Translations under genes and position numbers: made by a program
Shown here: positions 29,940 to 32,000 of the stretch, piece by piece
Layout: each line of letters starts with the position of its first letter
How positions within the stretch are numbered: position 1 is the stretch's first letter
Notes under the pieces: generated by a model
The model's input: only the letters and a program-made list of their open reading frames with translations
Told to the model about the DNA's origin: nothing
Database searches by the model: none
Assembly (NCBI GenBank): GCA_963730455.1
Contig: CAVSRS010000002.1
Coordinates: forward strand, 624,879 to 656,878
DNA from: an uncultured Methanobacteriaceae archaeon
Lineage (GTDB): Archaea > Methanobacteriota > Methanobacteria > Methanobacteriales > Methanobacteriaceae
Direction: 5' to 3'
DNA length: 32,000 bases

Positions 29940-32000
29940 ATGAAAGATAATCTAGTGAAATCTGATATTAATCTAAATCAAGATACTACAACTATCAACA
30001 AGCGATTGGAAGCCGATTTATATGCAATGAAGAGATTACATAATCTAAGTACATTATTCATTCATAAAGGTAATTGGAACCAAGTACTTATGGAAATTGT
30101 AGACACGGCCATCGCTATTTCTGATGCTGATTTCGGGAATATTCAACTATTAGATGCTAAGTCATCTAAACTCAAAATTGTAGCTCAGAATGGGTTCCCT
30201 AAATGGTGGCTGGAATTCTGGAATGAAGTTCAGGAAGGACAAGGTGTTTGTGGGACAGCATTAGAGACAGGAAAACGCATCATTGTAGAAGATGTTGAAA
30301 AAAGCCCTATCTTTATAGGTACACCTGCACTTGATATCCAGCTTAAGGCTGGAGTGCATGCAGTCCAATCTACACCTATCGTTAACAGGTCAGGAAAGCC
30401 ACTCGGCATGTTTTCAACACACTTTAAAAAACCACACCAACCAGATGAACGCGAACTACAATTATTAGATTTACTCGCACACCAAGTAGCTGATATCATC
30501 GACCGGGAAAAATACGAGGAAACTCTCCAAGTGACAAATGAAGAGCTTCATAATCAGCAAGAAGCCTTAATAAAGAGTAATCAGAAGATATCAGAAATTT
30601 TAGAAAGCATTCAAAATAATTTTTATGTGATTGATCAAAACTGGAATTATGTTTATATAAATAATCAAGCAGCGAATGCAGTAAATAAGGAACCTCAAGA
30701 TTTTATTGGTCAAAACCATTGGAAGATGTTCCCACAATATGTTGGAACAGTTATGGAAGAAAACTTCTATGCAGCAATGGAAAAACGGGAAGTAAGGCAA
30801 TTCGAAATAGACAGTCCATATAATAGTAACACGTTCTTAGTAACAGTTAATCCTTCAACGGAAGGAATTACTATTGTGGAGATTAATATCACTGAACGAA
30901 AAAACGCTGAAGAAGATCTTAATCAGAGTCAAAATTATTATATGATATAATTAATGGTTTTCCATCTCCTATTTTTGTTAAAGACATTGAAGGCCGTTTT
31001 ATAATAATCAATAATAAATTAGAGGAATTACTCGGAGCTAAAAATGAAGAAGTAAAGGGTAAAACTGATTATGATACCATCACTAAGGAATTAGCTGATT
31101 ATTATAGGACTAATGACCAGAAAGTGCTTGAAGAAGGAAAGGCAATGCTTTTTGAAGAAGAAGCAGATTTGATTGATGGAAAACATACCTTTATTGCAAA
31201 CAAATTCCCCATCTATGACATTAACGGTAAACCTTATGGAATAGGCTCAATTTCCACTGACATTACCGAACGCAAACTTTTAGAAGAAAAAGTTCAGAAT
31301 TTAGCGGATGTGGTGGAATCTTCAAATGATGCTATTATAACCAAATCCCTTGAAGGGATTATTACTAGTTGGAATAAAGGAGCAGAAAAAATTTATGGTT
31401 ATAATAGTGAAGAAGTAATAGGGAAGAATATTTCAATATTAGTACCATCATCTCTTAAAAATGAAATATCTGATTTAATAGAAAAAATTATACAGGGAAA
31501 ACAAATTTTACATTATGATACTTTGAGAGTAAAAAAGAATGGTGCATTGATAAATGTTTCTATAACTCTTTCTCCTATTATGGACTCCTCAAAAAAATTA
31601 GTAGCCATCTCTACTATTTCCAGGGATATTACAGAGAGTAAAAAAGCTGAAGAAAAAATGCAAGAATTGTTATCAGAGTTACAATCATCATCGGAAGAGT
31701 TAACTTCTTCTAATGAAGAGTTGCAAGCTACTAGTGAAGAACTTAAAACATCTAATGAAGAGCTTCAATTGCAAATGGATTCTGAAGTGGAAGCCAAGAG
31801 GCAGATTGAAGAGATTGCTAGTAAATTAAAAGTTTCAAATAAGGAGTTAGAGCAGTTTGCATATGTTGCTTCTCATGATTTACAGGAGCCACTTCGGATG
31901 GTTACTAGTTTCACTCAATTACTGGAACGTCAATATAAAGGTCAACTGGATAAGGATGCGGATGAGTATATAGGTTTTATTGTTGAGGGTACTCATCGTA
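29940..32000 (+). pseudogene. GAF/multi-PAS sensor histidine kinase, -1 frameshift, 3' end beyond the window
   Basis: The GAF domain (GVCGTALETGKRIIVEDV...MFSTHF) and a PAS domain end at an apparent stop at 30948-30950. From 30923 the adjacent frame is open to base 32000. It encodes two more PAS domains, the NEELQ heptad segment and [15 protein letters not shown]. One extra A in the AAAA run at 30931-30934 joins the frames ([21 protein letters not shown]). Confidence 0.85.

Noticed and set aside
7943-30800. Other short antisense or overlapping ORFs in the track (7943..8149, 16396..16605, 17169..17369, 19854..20057, 21487..21684, 21533..21739, 24306..24491, 24442..24663, 29362..29598, 29391..29618, 30230..30499, 30600..30800)
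   Set aside because: Each lies inside, and on the opposite strand or in another frame of, a longer gene with clear family signatures. None shows motifs of its own.
1-32000. tRNA, rRNA, CRISPR arrays, IS elements, integrases or prophage blocks
   Set aside because: There are no GC-rich structured segments, no regularly spaced direct repeats, no terminal inverted repeats and no transposase- or integrase-like ORFs on either strand. Absence is judged by eye only.

Overview
Strongly AT-rich archaeal chromosomal segment, most likely from a pseudomurein-walled methanogen (Methanobacteriales, Methanobacterium-like; this is an inference). Supporting genes are archaeal FAD synthetase RibL, a MurT-like Mur ligase, a secreted protein with pseudomurein-binding repeats and a transglutaminase core, Nog1-type GTPase, AMMECR1, TldD and HisA. 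About 26 genes are present. Five are large PAS/GAF sensor histidine kinases sharing the H-box [15 protein letters not shown], and four of these form a same-strand array from 23.5 kb to the window end. I saw no rRNA, tRNA, CRISPR array, transposase, integrase or prophage genes. Main observations: (1) Eight genes carry frame disruptions that become visible when homology is followed into another frame. The flippase has at least seven, while three genes have a single -1 event in a short A run, so both real decay and assembly error are plausible. (2) 7-14.2 kb holds a cell-envelope neighbourhood: MurT-like ligase, a PEP-utilising enzyme lacking its ATP-grasp domain, a dead flippase, and a PMBR/transglutaminase protein with a recent 0.5-kb internal duplication. 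(3) 21.0-21.7 kb holds a two-gene TumE/DUF6516-like toxin-antitoxin-type module. (4) Two copies of a 23-nt palindromic motif flank a TTTATATA box upstream of a YhgE/Pip gene. (5) One receiver-kinase has Asn in place of the phospho-acceptor Asp. (6) G/C strand asymmetry changes sharply at about 25.2 kb, beside a 557-bp gene-free, C-rich spacer. I do not see a convincing novel multi-gene system such as a defence island. Items 2-4 and 6 are the best leads and are reported as hypotheses.
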